Below are positions 34,032-42,937 of a stretch of 64,000 nt of DNA, piece after piece (positions within the stretch are counted from its first letter, which is position 1; every line of letters begins with the position of its first letter). The position numbers and the translations under genes were made by a program. The stretch is from an uncultured Armatimonadia bacterium (GTDB lineage: Bacteria; Armatimonadota; Zipacnadia; CAVVLO01), in NCBI GenBank assembly GCA_963749155.1, contig CAVVLO010000001.1:352001-416000 (forward strand), written 5' to 3'. Below the pieces are notes generated by a model. It made no database searches and was not told where the DNA came from. It saw nothing but the letters and a program-made list of their open reading frames with translations.

Positions 34032-35400
34032 ATGCCTCGCCAGCGCAATCTGCTTTTCGTTTTCGATGACCAGCACAGATGGTGCAGCCTCGGCTGTTAC
34101 GGCGATCCGGAGGTTAGCTCTCCCAATCTCGACCATTTCGCCACGGGAGCGCTCAGGTTCCAGCACGCTTTCACCAACTGTCCTCTCTGCGTGCCCGCTC
34201 GCGGCACCTTGCTGACCGGCCTTCACGCGATGCGCCACCGCGCTATCAGCAACGATCTGCCTATCCGCCGCGATGTCACCAGTATCGCTCACGTGCTGGA
34301 AGAGGCCGGCGTCCACACCGGCTATGTGGGGAAATGGCACCTCGCAGGCGTCCCGCGCGACAAGCCGGTCACCCAGCCCGAGCGCCTCGGTTTCAGCGAG
34401 TGGAAGGTCGCCGAGTGCACGCACGATTATCTGCATTCTTACTACTGGGATGAGGACAACGTCCATCACAATATCGAGGGTTATGAGCCCATCGGCCAGA
34501 CGGATATGGCCGTAGACTTCATCCAGCGGAACCAGGGCCACCCTTGGAGTCTCTTCCTCTCCTGGGGGCCGCCGCACGACCCCTACCAGTGGGTGCCGCA
34601 AGAGTATCTCGACCTGTTCGATCCTGCCGACGCTGAGCCTGCGCCCCAACGTCGAGGAGCCTATCATCCAGACGCGCGAGCGCCATTACGGCATCGCCGA
34701 CCTGCGCCTGTGGCTGCAGGGCTATTACGCCCACATCGCCGCGCTGGATGAGCAGTTTGGCCGCCTGATGGCAAGCCTCGAAGCCACCGGCCAACTGGAG
34801 GACACCGTCGTCGTCTTCACCAGCGACCACGGCGATATGCTGGGCAGCCACGGCTTCGAGAACAAGCAACTGCCCCACGAGGAGTCAGCGCGCATCCCAC
34901 TGCTGATTGGCGGGCCTGGTGTCAGGGCAGGAGTTACCAACGAGCTCATCGGCCTGGTGGATTTGCCTGTGACCTTGCTCTCACTGCTGGGATTGACGTA
35001 TCCGGGCGAGGTGGATGGCGCGGATCTCAGCGGTCTACTGACCTCGGACAGAGCCGAAGGCCTTCGAGAGTGCTATCTCTACGACCTCATCCCCTGCCAC
35101 CAGGCCTTCGAACGGGGCGGAGATTCCTGGCGCGCGCTGAGGACGCGGCGCCACACCTACGCGCGTACGCCGCATGACGAGGGCTGGCTGCTTTTCGATA
35201 ATCTCGCCGACCCCTACCAGCAGCAAAATCTCATCGGCGACCCCGCCCACGCCGACCTGGAGAGCCAGCTTCGGGCCTGGCTCGACGAAGCGATCGCTCG
35301 CCACGACGAACTCCTCCCCTGGGAGGACCTCGTCCGCAAGTATGACTTCACCGATGTCTGGAACAAGAGCCAATCCTACTTCGGAAAGGAAACTTTGTAG
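34032..35400 (+). CDS. Cys-type formylglycine-dependent sulfatase, no signal peptide; frameshift near 34635
   Basis: N.LF.FDDQ.R, CVPARGTLLTG (CxPxR), GKWHL, PPHDP, FTSDHGD.LG.HG and K...EES..IPL motifs. Confidence 0.93.
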
Positions 35401-35442
35401 TGTAAACGAGGCGGGGTGGATCGCCCCGCCCCCAGAAGAGGC

Positions 35443-35468
35443 GTGTTTCGGGAGCTTGCTCCCGAAAC
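35443..35468 (+). repeat. REP-like family B palindrome
   Basis: GTGTTTCGGGAGCTTGCTCCCGAAAC, identical to the copies at 46657 and 48056. Confidence 0.9.
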
Positions 35469-35553
35469 TCGGGGCCGGATTTGCCTCCGAGCTTTCAGCA
35501 ATTTCATCGTAGAACAGGCTTAGTCGGCTCACTTTGCGGTGCTGAGCTCCTAG

Positions 35554-35582
35554 TTGACACTAGGTTACGTCAATGGTAAGCT
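35554..35582 (+). promoter_or_regulatory. Sigma70-type promoter of the AbiE-like operon
   Basis: TTGACA (35554-35559), 17-bp spacer, TAAGCT (35577-35582) preceded by TGn. Confidence 0.75.
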
Positions 35583-35584
35583 CT

Positions 35585-35689
35585 TTTCAGCAATATGCTG
35601 AAACAGCCTTTATACTGAAAAATAGGCGCATTATAGGCCATAATAGCTATATTTTCAGCAATAATAATATTTTCAACAGAAAGATGAAA
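35585..35689. promoter_or_regulatory. Operator-like inverted repeats, putative antitoxin binding sites
   Basis: TTTCAGCA-ata-TGCTGAAA at 35585-35603; degenerate TTTCAACA-gaa-AGATGAAA at 35671-35689 over the start codon; TTTCAGCAAT at 35493, 35585 and 35653. Confidence 0.65.
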
Positions 35690-36784
35690 ACACAAAAAAC
35701 ACTGAAAAGTAATGACCTTCTTGCAAAGGTGGAGCAGGCAGTTCGCGAGTCACTCGCGCAGGTGCCTTTCGTCGAGCTTGTCCGCATCGAACATGAAGGG
35801 CGACCTAACGGCCCTCAGGCGCGAGTTCAGTTCGACCTGCTTATGACGGTCAGGACACCCGCTGGCACGACTAACCTTGCGCTGGCGACCAAGGGGAGCG
35901 GCGAGCCACGTGTTGCCCGAGCAGCTCTCGACCAACTTGGCCGAGTTCTCCCGGCGCTGGAACCCCCCGCGTATGGGGTGCTGGCAGCCCCGTACATCTC
36001 TTTGTCCACCGCTGCTCTCTGCGTAGAGCGGAATTTTGGCTACGTTGATCTGGCGGGCAACTGCCGACTTGCCTTCTGGCCGGTGTTCATCAGTCGCGAA
36101 GGGGCACCCAATCCCTTCGCAAGGCGACAGGGTATAGTGTCGTTGTTCCAGGCTAGTTCCTTCAAGACACTCGCTGTACTGCGCGCCCTGCTGGCTTGGC
36201 CAAAACGGCGCTGGCGAACCGTCGATTTGGCCTCTGAAGCAGGTGTCAGCCTCGGCCTGGTCTCCTCAGTCAAGCAGTTGCTGGAAGACCGAGAATGGCT
36301 GGTCAGCACTAGAGACGGTTTTGTCTTGACCGAGCCCTGTTCGCTGCTAACCGACTGGGCGGTTAATTATGAACTGGACGAGGTTGCGACAAAAGGATTC
36401 TACACAAGCAAGCCCTTGCCGCAGCTTGAGGCAGAACTGACCTCGGTGGCTTCCAGGTTAGGTGTGAAGTACGCGCTGACTGGTTTGGCAGGAGCCTTCC
36501 GCCTGGCGCCAGCGGCGCGCTACCAGAGGGTAAGCCTTTATGTTGCAACTGGGCAGGAGGAGGAACTCGCGACGGCTCTTGGTCTGCGCCCTGTGCCTGA
36601 TGGTGCTAACGTCGAGTTCCTGACGTCACCAGATCCCGGAGTATTTCATTACTCCGCATTAGTGGGTGGCACCTGGATCGCTTCGCCAGTCCAACTGTAC
36701 CTCGACCTAAGGGCCACCAAGGCCCGCGGTGAGGAAGCTGCTGAGGCCCTCCTTCGCCAGGTGATTGAACCTCAATGGCGCTAG
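35684..36784 (+). CDS. AbiEi-like (DUF2186-type) type IV antitoxin/transcriptional regulator
   Basis: APYIS...C......Y.DLAGN, wHTH LASEAGVSLGLVS.V...L, YALTG..GA and SP.Q.YLDL....RGEEAAE; ATG 35684 is more plausible than 35573. Confidence 0.8.
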   Translation: MKTQKTLKSNDLLAKVEQAVRESLAQVPFVELVRIEHEGRPNGPQARVQFDLLMTVRTPAGTTNLALATKGSGEPRVARAALDQLGRVLPALEPPAYGVLAAPYISLSTAALCVERNFGYVDLAGNCRLAFWPVFISREGAPNPFARRQGIVSLFQASSFKTLAVLRALLAWPKRRWRTVDLASEAGVSLGLVSSVKQLLEDREWLVSTRDGFVLTEPCSLLTDWAVNYELDEVATKGFYTSKPLPQLEAELTSVASRLGVKYALTGLAGAFRLAPAARYQRVSLYVATGQEEELATALGLRPVPDGANVEFLTSPDPGVFHYSALVGGTWIASPVQLYLDLRATKARGEEAAEALLRQVIEPQWR

Positions 36785-37599
36785 ATCCGACGGATCGTCA
36801 GTGGGACAGCGGGGTCACTGCAGCCAGGGCAGTGCTGCTTGAAGTCACGCGTGTGCTGTCGGAGTATAAGGGCTTAGTAGTCCTGGTTGGTGGCTGGGTT
36901 CCCGAGTTGCTTTTTGGCCAGCATCCGGGCAGCCTCGATGTGGATCTTGCCCTTGACCATACAGCCTTGGACGAGGTTGGTTATGCGACTATCCGTCAGC
37001 TACTGGAACGAGCCGGGTATATACAGGATTCAGAGCGCGAGTTCGTCTTCTGGCGGCATCTAGCTGTCGAGGGGCGGGTAATTGAGGTGGAGCTTGACCT
37101 CCTCGCTGGCGAGTATGACGGCACGGCACGTAAACGCCGGCACCAGAGGGTGCAAGATATCACCGCGCGTAAAGCACGTGGTGCTGATCTGGCCCACGTT
37201 GCCCCTCTCGAGGTGCCCTTTGAGGGCACGCTCCCGAGTGGTGCGAAGGACAGAACCATCCTTCGCGTTGCCAGTCTGCCCGCCTTCCTGGTCATGAAGG
37301 CCTCAGCGCTTGCGAGCCGCCTTAAGCCCAAGGACGCCTTCGACATCGTGTTCTGCTTGCGCCACTACCAGTCCGATATCGAGGCACTCAAAGCCGAGTT
37401 TATCCCGTACCTGGTTAGACCTGTTGTGCTGCAAGCCCTCACAACCTTGGCTGAGAAGTTTGCGTCGCCTGAACACTTTGGCCCTGTGTCAGCGGCTGAG
37501 TTTCTCGGGGAGACAGACCCAGAGGCGCTTGAGATACTAAGACGTGACGCCTACGAGCGGGTACAAGCACTGCTGCGCCTGCTTGGAAACACCGCTTAG
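36775..37599 (+). CDS. AbiEii-like nucleotidyltransferase toxin
   Basis: V.VGGW.P.L...H.GS.DVD (Pol-beta-type G-G...DxD), F..MK..A...R.K.KDA.DI; overlaps the antitoxin stop. Confidence 0.8.
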   Translation: MALDPTDRQWDSGVTAARAVLLEVTRVLSEYKGLVVLVGGWVPELLFGQHPGSLDVDLALDHTALDEVGYATIRQLLERAGYIQDSEREFVFWRHLAVEGRVIEVELDLLAGEYDGTARKRRHQRVQDITARKARGADLAHVAPLEVPFEGTLPSGAKDRTILRVASLPAFLVMKASALASRLKPKDAFDIVFCLRHYQSDIEALKAEFIPYLVRPVVLQALTTLAEKFASPEHFGPVSAAEFLGETDPEALEILRRDAYERVQALLRLLGNTA

Positions 37600-37613
37600 T
37601 TGTCTCCCCCCTT

Positions 37614-38592
37614 CTACCCATACACCTTCTCGTTGACTGCCATCGCCAGGCGATACGAGGCCAGGGCATCGGCATAGGGGGAGCGGATAGGCGCCATCGA
37701 GCCTGTCTCCATCGCCTCGAAGAAGGCCAGCCACTCGACCTCAAAGCACTGGCTGTTCGGGGTGCCCTGGTAGCTCCACGGTTGCCCTGCAACCAGGCCC
37801 TGGGCCAGGTTGGCGAACATATCCACGTCCACGCTGCTGCGGTCGGTGATGATTGAGATACGACATTTCCACTGAGAGGCGCACCAGGAATGCCCGTGGC
37901 TCACCAGCGCGCCGTTCTCCATCGCCAGAGTCCAGCCGACCTTGTCCACCGTGTCGATGGCGTCGGTCAGGGGGAGCCTCTGCCGCAGCCCGAGCGCCGC
38001 GATCTGGACGGCGTCCGAGCCTGTGATATAGCGCGCCGCGTCGAGGTAGTGAACTCCCTGATCGCCGACCAGTCCGCCGGACTTGGCCAGGCTATAGGGA
38101 TTTGGATAGCCTGCGGCCATCTGGACATCCGCCATCGGCGATTCGTAGAGTATCTGCACGAGGGTCAGCTTGTCCCCTTGTACCGCCTGCATCGCCGCAT
38201 TGAGCGCCTGGTTGTAGCGACTCATAAAACCGACCGAATGGATAAGCCCCGACTCGTCCAGCAGCTTCAGGATGGCCTCGCCTGCCTCAACAGTGTGGCA
38301 GGGTGGCTTCTCCATCAGCACCGGGAGGCCTTTACTTCACGGCCAGCTCGATATATTCGAGTCGCGCATGGGCAGGCGTGAAGAGCGCAATGCAATCCGG
38401 TTTCACTTTGGACACCGCTTCGGCTGCATCAACAAAGATAGGTGCTTTGGGCGCCCATTTGGCAGCGAAAGCCTCGGCCCGCTGCTTGTCCAGGTCCACT
38501 AGTCCGACTACTTTGGCCTTGCCAGTTGTCTCGAGGGCCGCGCCATGGGAATGCGAGATGCCTCCCGAGCCGATTACGAGGACTTTCTTCAT
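37614..38592 (-). CDS. Gfo/Idh/MocA-family oxidoreductase; frameshift near 38330
   Basis: VIGSGGIS..H Rossmann motif, L.EKP, SGG...DQG.H.LD. Confidence 0.9.
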
Positions 38593-38711
38593 CTGTAGAC
38601 TCCTCCAGTCAAGCGAAAAGCCGCCTCTCGGCAGCCTTTGAAGATACGCCTCTCGCAGGAGAAGCCCTGCCTGGAAGCGAAACAGGAACCAGAGTTTTGG
38701 AAGGTGATCCT

Positions 38712-40509
38712 ATGAAAGGTCTGATGCTGCTTGTTTTGCTCGGTCTCTGCCTCGCTGGCTATGCCCAACCGAACTGGCGCGTCTCGAGCGGCGACTGGCG
38801 CCTCTCTTCAGATACTCTTGCTTGCGATGATCCGGACAACCGGGGTCCTTTGGTTGGACTGCCAGGCGCAGCATACCGAGACTTCACAGCCGAGGTGAGT
38901 ATCCAGTTCCAGGCTGACCACGTCGGCGGGGGAGAGGGCTGGGCAGGCCTGCTTGTGCGAGGCCGCAATCCTGTCGCCTATGGAGTCTTCCACTCCGGCT
39001 ATCTGGCCTTGCTGCGCGCAAATGGCCGGCTAGAACTGGGTGGAGGCCTGGGCAAAGTAGAGACTGGCCTCGACCCCCTTACCGCTCCGGTGCGGCTGCG
39101 CGTCGAAGCCACAGGCGACTGGCTGCGCGTTTTCGCCGACGGCAAGCAGCTCATTGAAGCGACGGGCCAGCTCTATCCAGAGGGCGAAGTCGCCCTGGCC
39201 CTTTTCGGCGCCGAAGCCACCTTCAGTGATTTCCAATTGACCGGCCAATCAGTGCCAAAAGAGGAGTGGACCCCAGTGCAACCCATCCAGCCAGTCCCCG
39301 AAGCTGCCCCGCCCGTTACACCTCTGCCCCGCATCGCCACCAGGCTGCGCGAGGGCACCCTCGGAGAGTTCTGCGTGAAGGAGACCGGCGAGCGTTTCTT
39401 CCCCGAGGGCTACAACTACACCGTGCTGGCGAACAACTGGCATGCGACCTTCGATACCGATGTCTATGACCCGGCCAATATGGAAGCCGCTCTTGCCGCG
39501 ATGGAGGCGGCTGGCTCCAACTGCATACGCGTCTGGAGCTGGGGCAGGGCCACGCATGAGACCAGTTTCTGTGGCGCCCAGAGTGACCGCGGGCTGAATC
39601 CGCAATATATGGCCAACTATGTGGACTTCCTGCGCCGCTGCACCGCTCATCATATCTACGTCGTGGCGATGGTGGACGAGTATCCCCGCAATGCCTGGTA
39701 CGACTGGGTGGACAGGGAGAACACCGCCCCTGACGATGAGCTGACGGTGCGCGGCTACAACCGCCAGTATCTCACTAGCGGCCTCATCGCCGCCAAGGCC
39801 GAGGCCTTGGGCGATTTCATCACCTATATCAAGCAGGCCGACCCTAATCTGCTCTCAACCGTGCTTGCCTGGGCTTTCTGTAATGAGGCTTTCGTAGACG
39901 CCAAGCTTGGTCCCTTCGATCAGGAGGAGGGACTGGTAACCTGCGCCAACGGCAAGACTTACGATATGGCAGACTTCGACCAGCGGCAGGCTTGCTGGGA
40001 TGAGGGCATCGTCCACTGGGCCAATGCGCTGGACGCCGTGGTGAAGGAACTCGATCCCGAGGCGATGACTACCGTCGGGATGTGGACTTCCGATGCTCAG
40101 CGGCGGGCGCCATACAATGGGATAGACCCCACCTCTGGTGTTGTGCAGGACCAGCGTTTTTGCCCGCGGCCCTCGGTGCTGGCCGCGCCGGAGTGCAACA
40201 TCGACTTTCTGGATATCCATGTCTACCCCTGGCGCGGACCAGAGGCCGCACTTTTTGACGAGATTCCGCATGAGTGGACTGCCCTGAAGCAACTTGGCAA
40301 AACGGTGCTGGTCGGCGAGTATGGCGCCTTTACGCACCAGTCGCCCGAGCCGGGTCCGGCGATGCAGGTAGTGCTGGGGATACGGCAAGAATCACTGGCG
40401 CACGACTACGCGGGTTTCCTCTTCTGGACGTGGAACCTGTCCGGCCCCGGTTGCTGGGCTGGGGTGGACCCGGGCTGGGCAGAGTTCCTGAAAGAGCAGT
40501 TCCTCTTGA
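38712..40509 (+). CDS. Secreted protein with a DUF1080/LamG-like N-domain and a GH5-like TIM barrel; as sequenced it reads through into the next gene
   Basis: Signal peptide MKGLMLLVLLGLCLAGYA; F.P.G.NY, N..RVW, AFCNEA, D.H.YP and VGEYGA; a TGA at 40507-40509 lies one base out of frame, so the end is approximate. Confidence 0.7.
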
Positions 40510-40532
40510 CGCGTCCTCGTCTCTGTCCCCCA

Positions 40533-40564
40533 CTAGAGGGGGTACAGGGGGGCCACCCCCTGTG
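40533..40564 (+). repeat. REP-like family A copy within the apparent read-through linker
   Basis: CTAGAGGGGGTACAGGGGGGCCACCCCCTGTG, similar to the copy at 42390. Confidence 0.7.
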
Positions 40565-40589
40565 CAGTTTGCCTTTGGAGGTTGCCTTG

Positions 40590-42353
40590 ATGCGGTTCTT
40601 CGCCCTTGCCTTGTTGCTCTGCGCCGCCTGGACTGCGGGCGCGGAGAATCTGACGGCTTCCCCGAGGCTATTCCAGCTTGGCGAGGGGTGGAGTGCTGCC
40701 GACGGCGCCTTGCAGTGTGATACTCAGGGCGATGCTTATGCCTGGGCCACTGGCGCTCCTTTATCTCCTGGTTGGAAGTTGCGGCTTGAAGCGACCATCG
40801 GCAAGCGCTACTCGGGAGAGGGCCAAAGCGCAGCGCTCAGCCTTGGGGTGGCGACAGAAGCCGCTCCGACCACGCCGGCGCTGCTCTTCAACGTCGAGAG
40901 CCGCACCGAGGGGAAGATAAACCTGACGGCTCAGTATCTCACCGAGGGCCAGTGGGTTCCTCTCTACGCCAGCGACTGGATTTCCTGCAAGGACGATCGC
41001 TTCACGCTGGAAGCCGAATACACGCCCGGCAACCGGTTCCTCGACCTGCGGCTGTGGAGCGGCAGCGGCTGGTACACGCACCTCCGCACTCGGCCCTTCC
41101 GCCAGGATTTGTTGAAGGCCTTGCGCTTCCCCGGAGCGCGCGTGTACGGGGGCGAGGCCCAGGTCGCGCTGCTCGAGCCGACCGAACTGCCCCAGCCCGC
41201 TGCGTGGCAGCCGCCAGCCGACCTGGTCAACTCGGCGCAGCGCGCAGGGCAAGACTTGCTTGCGGGCTACTGGGTAGGCGATGCCGTGACCGGTCACATC
41301 ATCGAGACCTATTATGGCTTCCGAAGGGAGGATGCCCCGCGGGACGATGTGCGCTGGCTGTGGGACAACGACCCTCGGGGTGGCATCTGGGAACGAGGTA
41401 CTCTGGTGTTCGCCCTTGCCGCTCTGTATGACGCCACCGGAGACGCCGATCTGCTCGCCCGCCTTAAGGCCGAATACGCCTACACTCGCGGTCGTTACAC
41501 CGCTGAAGAGATCGATTCCGCCCCCGGCACGACTATGATGGTTGGCTGCGACGATGTGGGCTGGGACGCCTGGTATTTCCTCACGCTATACCGGTATACG
41601 CAGGACCAGTGGGCTTTGGACCGCGCCCGCGCGCTGACAGAGGCCGCCTTCGCCCGGTGGGAGGACAGCGACCTCGGAGGGGGCCTCTGGTACAACGACC
41701 AGCGGCAGGCCAAGTCCACCTATCAGGCTGCGCTTTTGCTCTCGGCCCTCACCCTTTGGGAGCTGACGGGCGACGACCACTTCCTCGAATTGATGATGCC
41801 CGCCTACAACTGGACCGAGCTCAACTGCCTGCGCCCGGATGGCCTTTACTGGTGCGATTACGGCTGGGGCGGCCCGGTGGGGAAGGAGCGCCCGGGCGAT
41901 ATCCACGAGGCCGGCAGTGTCAGTTTCCTCGGCGGGAATATGATGATGGGCGTAGTGAACGCGCGCCTCTACCGAGCTACCGGCCAGCCAGAATATCTGG
42001 CTCGCGCGTTGCATTCGGTGGAGGCCATCAGCGCCCACGAGACAACCGAAGGGGTCTTGCTAAATGATCGCGATGCCTGGGCCAATGGCGCCTTCGCGCC
42101 CGAATGGGCTCGCGAAGTGCTGACCCTTCCTGGCTGCCCGGCGGAGGCTCGGGCGCTGCTTGTGCGGACAGGGGAAGTCATCGCCCAGCGCGCTCGCACG
42201 CTGGAGGGCCTCTACTCGCCTTGCTGGCTCACTCATCCCGCTGGGGAAGAGTGCCCCTGGCTCGCCGCCCAGACGACAGCCGGGCAGATAATGACTAGCT
42301 CCACGACGGCGACCTTCCTCATCGCCGCTACGCTGGGTACGTTACCGCACTAG
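40590..42353 (+). CDS. Secreted GH76-family (alpha/alpha)6 glycoside hydrolase with an N-terminal beta domain
   Basis: Own GGAGG RBS and signal peptide MRFFALALLLCAAWTAGA; CDDVGW catalytic DD, GGGLWY, Y.W......L..DGLY.D. Confidence 0.75.
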   Translation: MRFFALALLLCAAWTAGAENLTASPRLFQLGEGWSAADGALQCDTQGDAYAWATGAPLSPGWKLRLEATIGKRYSGEGQSAALSLGVATEAAPTTPALLFNVESRTEGKINLTAQYLTEGQWVPLYASDWISCKDDRFTLEAEYTPGNRFLDLRLWSGSGWYTHLRTRPFRQDLLKALRFPGARVYGGEAQVALLEPTELPQPAAWQPPADLVNSAQRAGQDLLAGYWVGDAVTGHIIETYYGFRREDAPRDDVRWLWDNDPRGGIWERGTLVFALAALYDATGDADLLARLKAEYAYTRGRYTAEEIDSAPGTTMMVGCDDVGWDAWYFLTLYRYTQDQWALDRARALTEAAFARWEDSDLGGGLWYNDQRQAKSTYQAALLLSALTLWELTGDDHFLELMMPAYNWTELNCLRPDGLYWCDYGWGGPVGKERPGDIHEAGSVSFLGGNMMMGVVNARLYRATGQPEYLARALHSVEAISAHETTEGVLLNDRDAWANGAFAPEWAREVLTLPGCPAEARALLVRTGEVIAQRARTLEGLYSPCWLTHPAGEECPWLAAQTTAGQIMTSSTTATFLIAATLGTLPH

Positions 42354-42389
42354 CGCCTCGCCGTCTCTCTCCCTGAGTTGCCTCGAAAA

Positions 42390-42591
42390 CTAGAGGGGGT
42401 GTGGGGGCAATGTCCCCACGCCTTTCAACCTTTGTTTTCATCCAAACCAGCGGGCGAAGCCCGTCCTGCTTTTGACTTTCCGCTTTTACTTACGTCCCAA
42501 CGCTTTGCGTGTTTCGGGACTTCAGTCCTGAAACCAAGCCCCTGGCGCTCTTCGTCTTGGCCCTTTGCAGGGGTAGATCTCAGACCCGCCC
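42390..42591. repeat. Mosaic of REP-like families A (42390-42420), B (42509-42534) and C (42567-42591)
   Basis: CTAGAGGGGGTGTGGGGGCAATGTCCCCACG; GTGTTTCGGGACTTCAGTCCTGAAAC; GCAGGGGTAGATCTCAGACCCGCCC. Confidence 0.75.
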
Positions 42592-42622
42592 AGGCTTTTG
42601 CTGCCACCGATAAAGGGCGCTG

Positions 42623-42688
42623 TTAAGCCAATCCCAGGTCTTCGCAGACCCTGCTGCAACCTTCCTGCAACACTTCCTTAACCCCCAT
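42623..42688 (-). CDS. Candidate 21-aa small ORF (MGVKEVLQEGCSRVCEDLGLA) or 5' remnant of a lost gene
   Basis: GGAGG 9 nt before the ATG, just downstream of a sigma54-type promoter. Confidence 0.35.
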   Translation of the reverse strand: MGVKEVLQEGCSRVCEDLGLA

Positions 42689-42722
42689 CCCAAACCCCCT
42701 CCCACCCGGGGCTTCTAGCAAC

Positions 42723-42737
42723 GCAAGAAGCGTGCCA
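42723..42737 (-). promoter_or_regulatory. Sigma54 (RpoN) -24/-12 promoter
   Basis: Minus strand reads TGGCACGCTTCTTGC, matching TGGCACG-N4-TTGC; intergenic; AT-rich patch immediately upstream (~42757-42786). Confidence 0.7.
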
Positions 42738-42937
42738 GAAGGCCCTTATCCTGGGCAATTTTGGAATAGATTTACAAAGATTTTACGTGGGCCTGGCTTG
42801 TCCGGCCTTCACCTTGGCTCAGCCAGAGGGCAAAACTGGGTCAAGGGCTCGCCCCTTCTGAAGATACTCAGGCCCCGCAGGCGATCACCAGGCCGACTCT
42901 TCCCCCTCACTTTCCTGGTCCTGCTATACTCTCCCCG

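Noticed and set aside
35573..35683. N-terminal extension of the antitoxin ORF
   Set aside because: It overlaps the promoter and operator repeats and is AT-rich non-coding-like sequence; ATG 35684 fits better.
38442..42353. Single 1303-aa protein as given by the ORF track
   Set aside because: Its first 90 codons overlap the opposite-strand oxidoreductase and the intergenic region, and an internal RBS plus signal peptide at 40590 indicates two genes.
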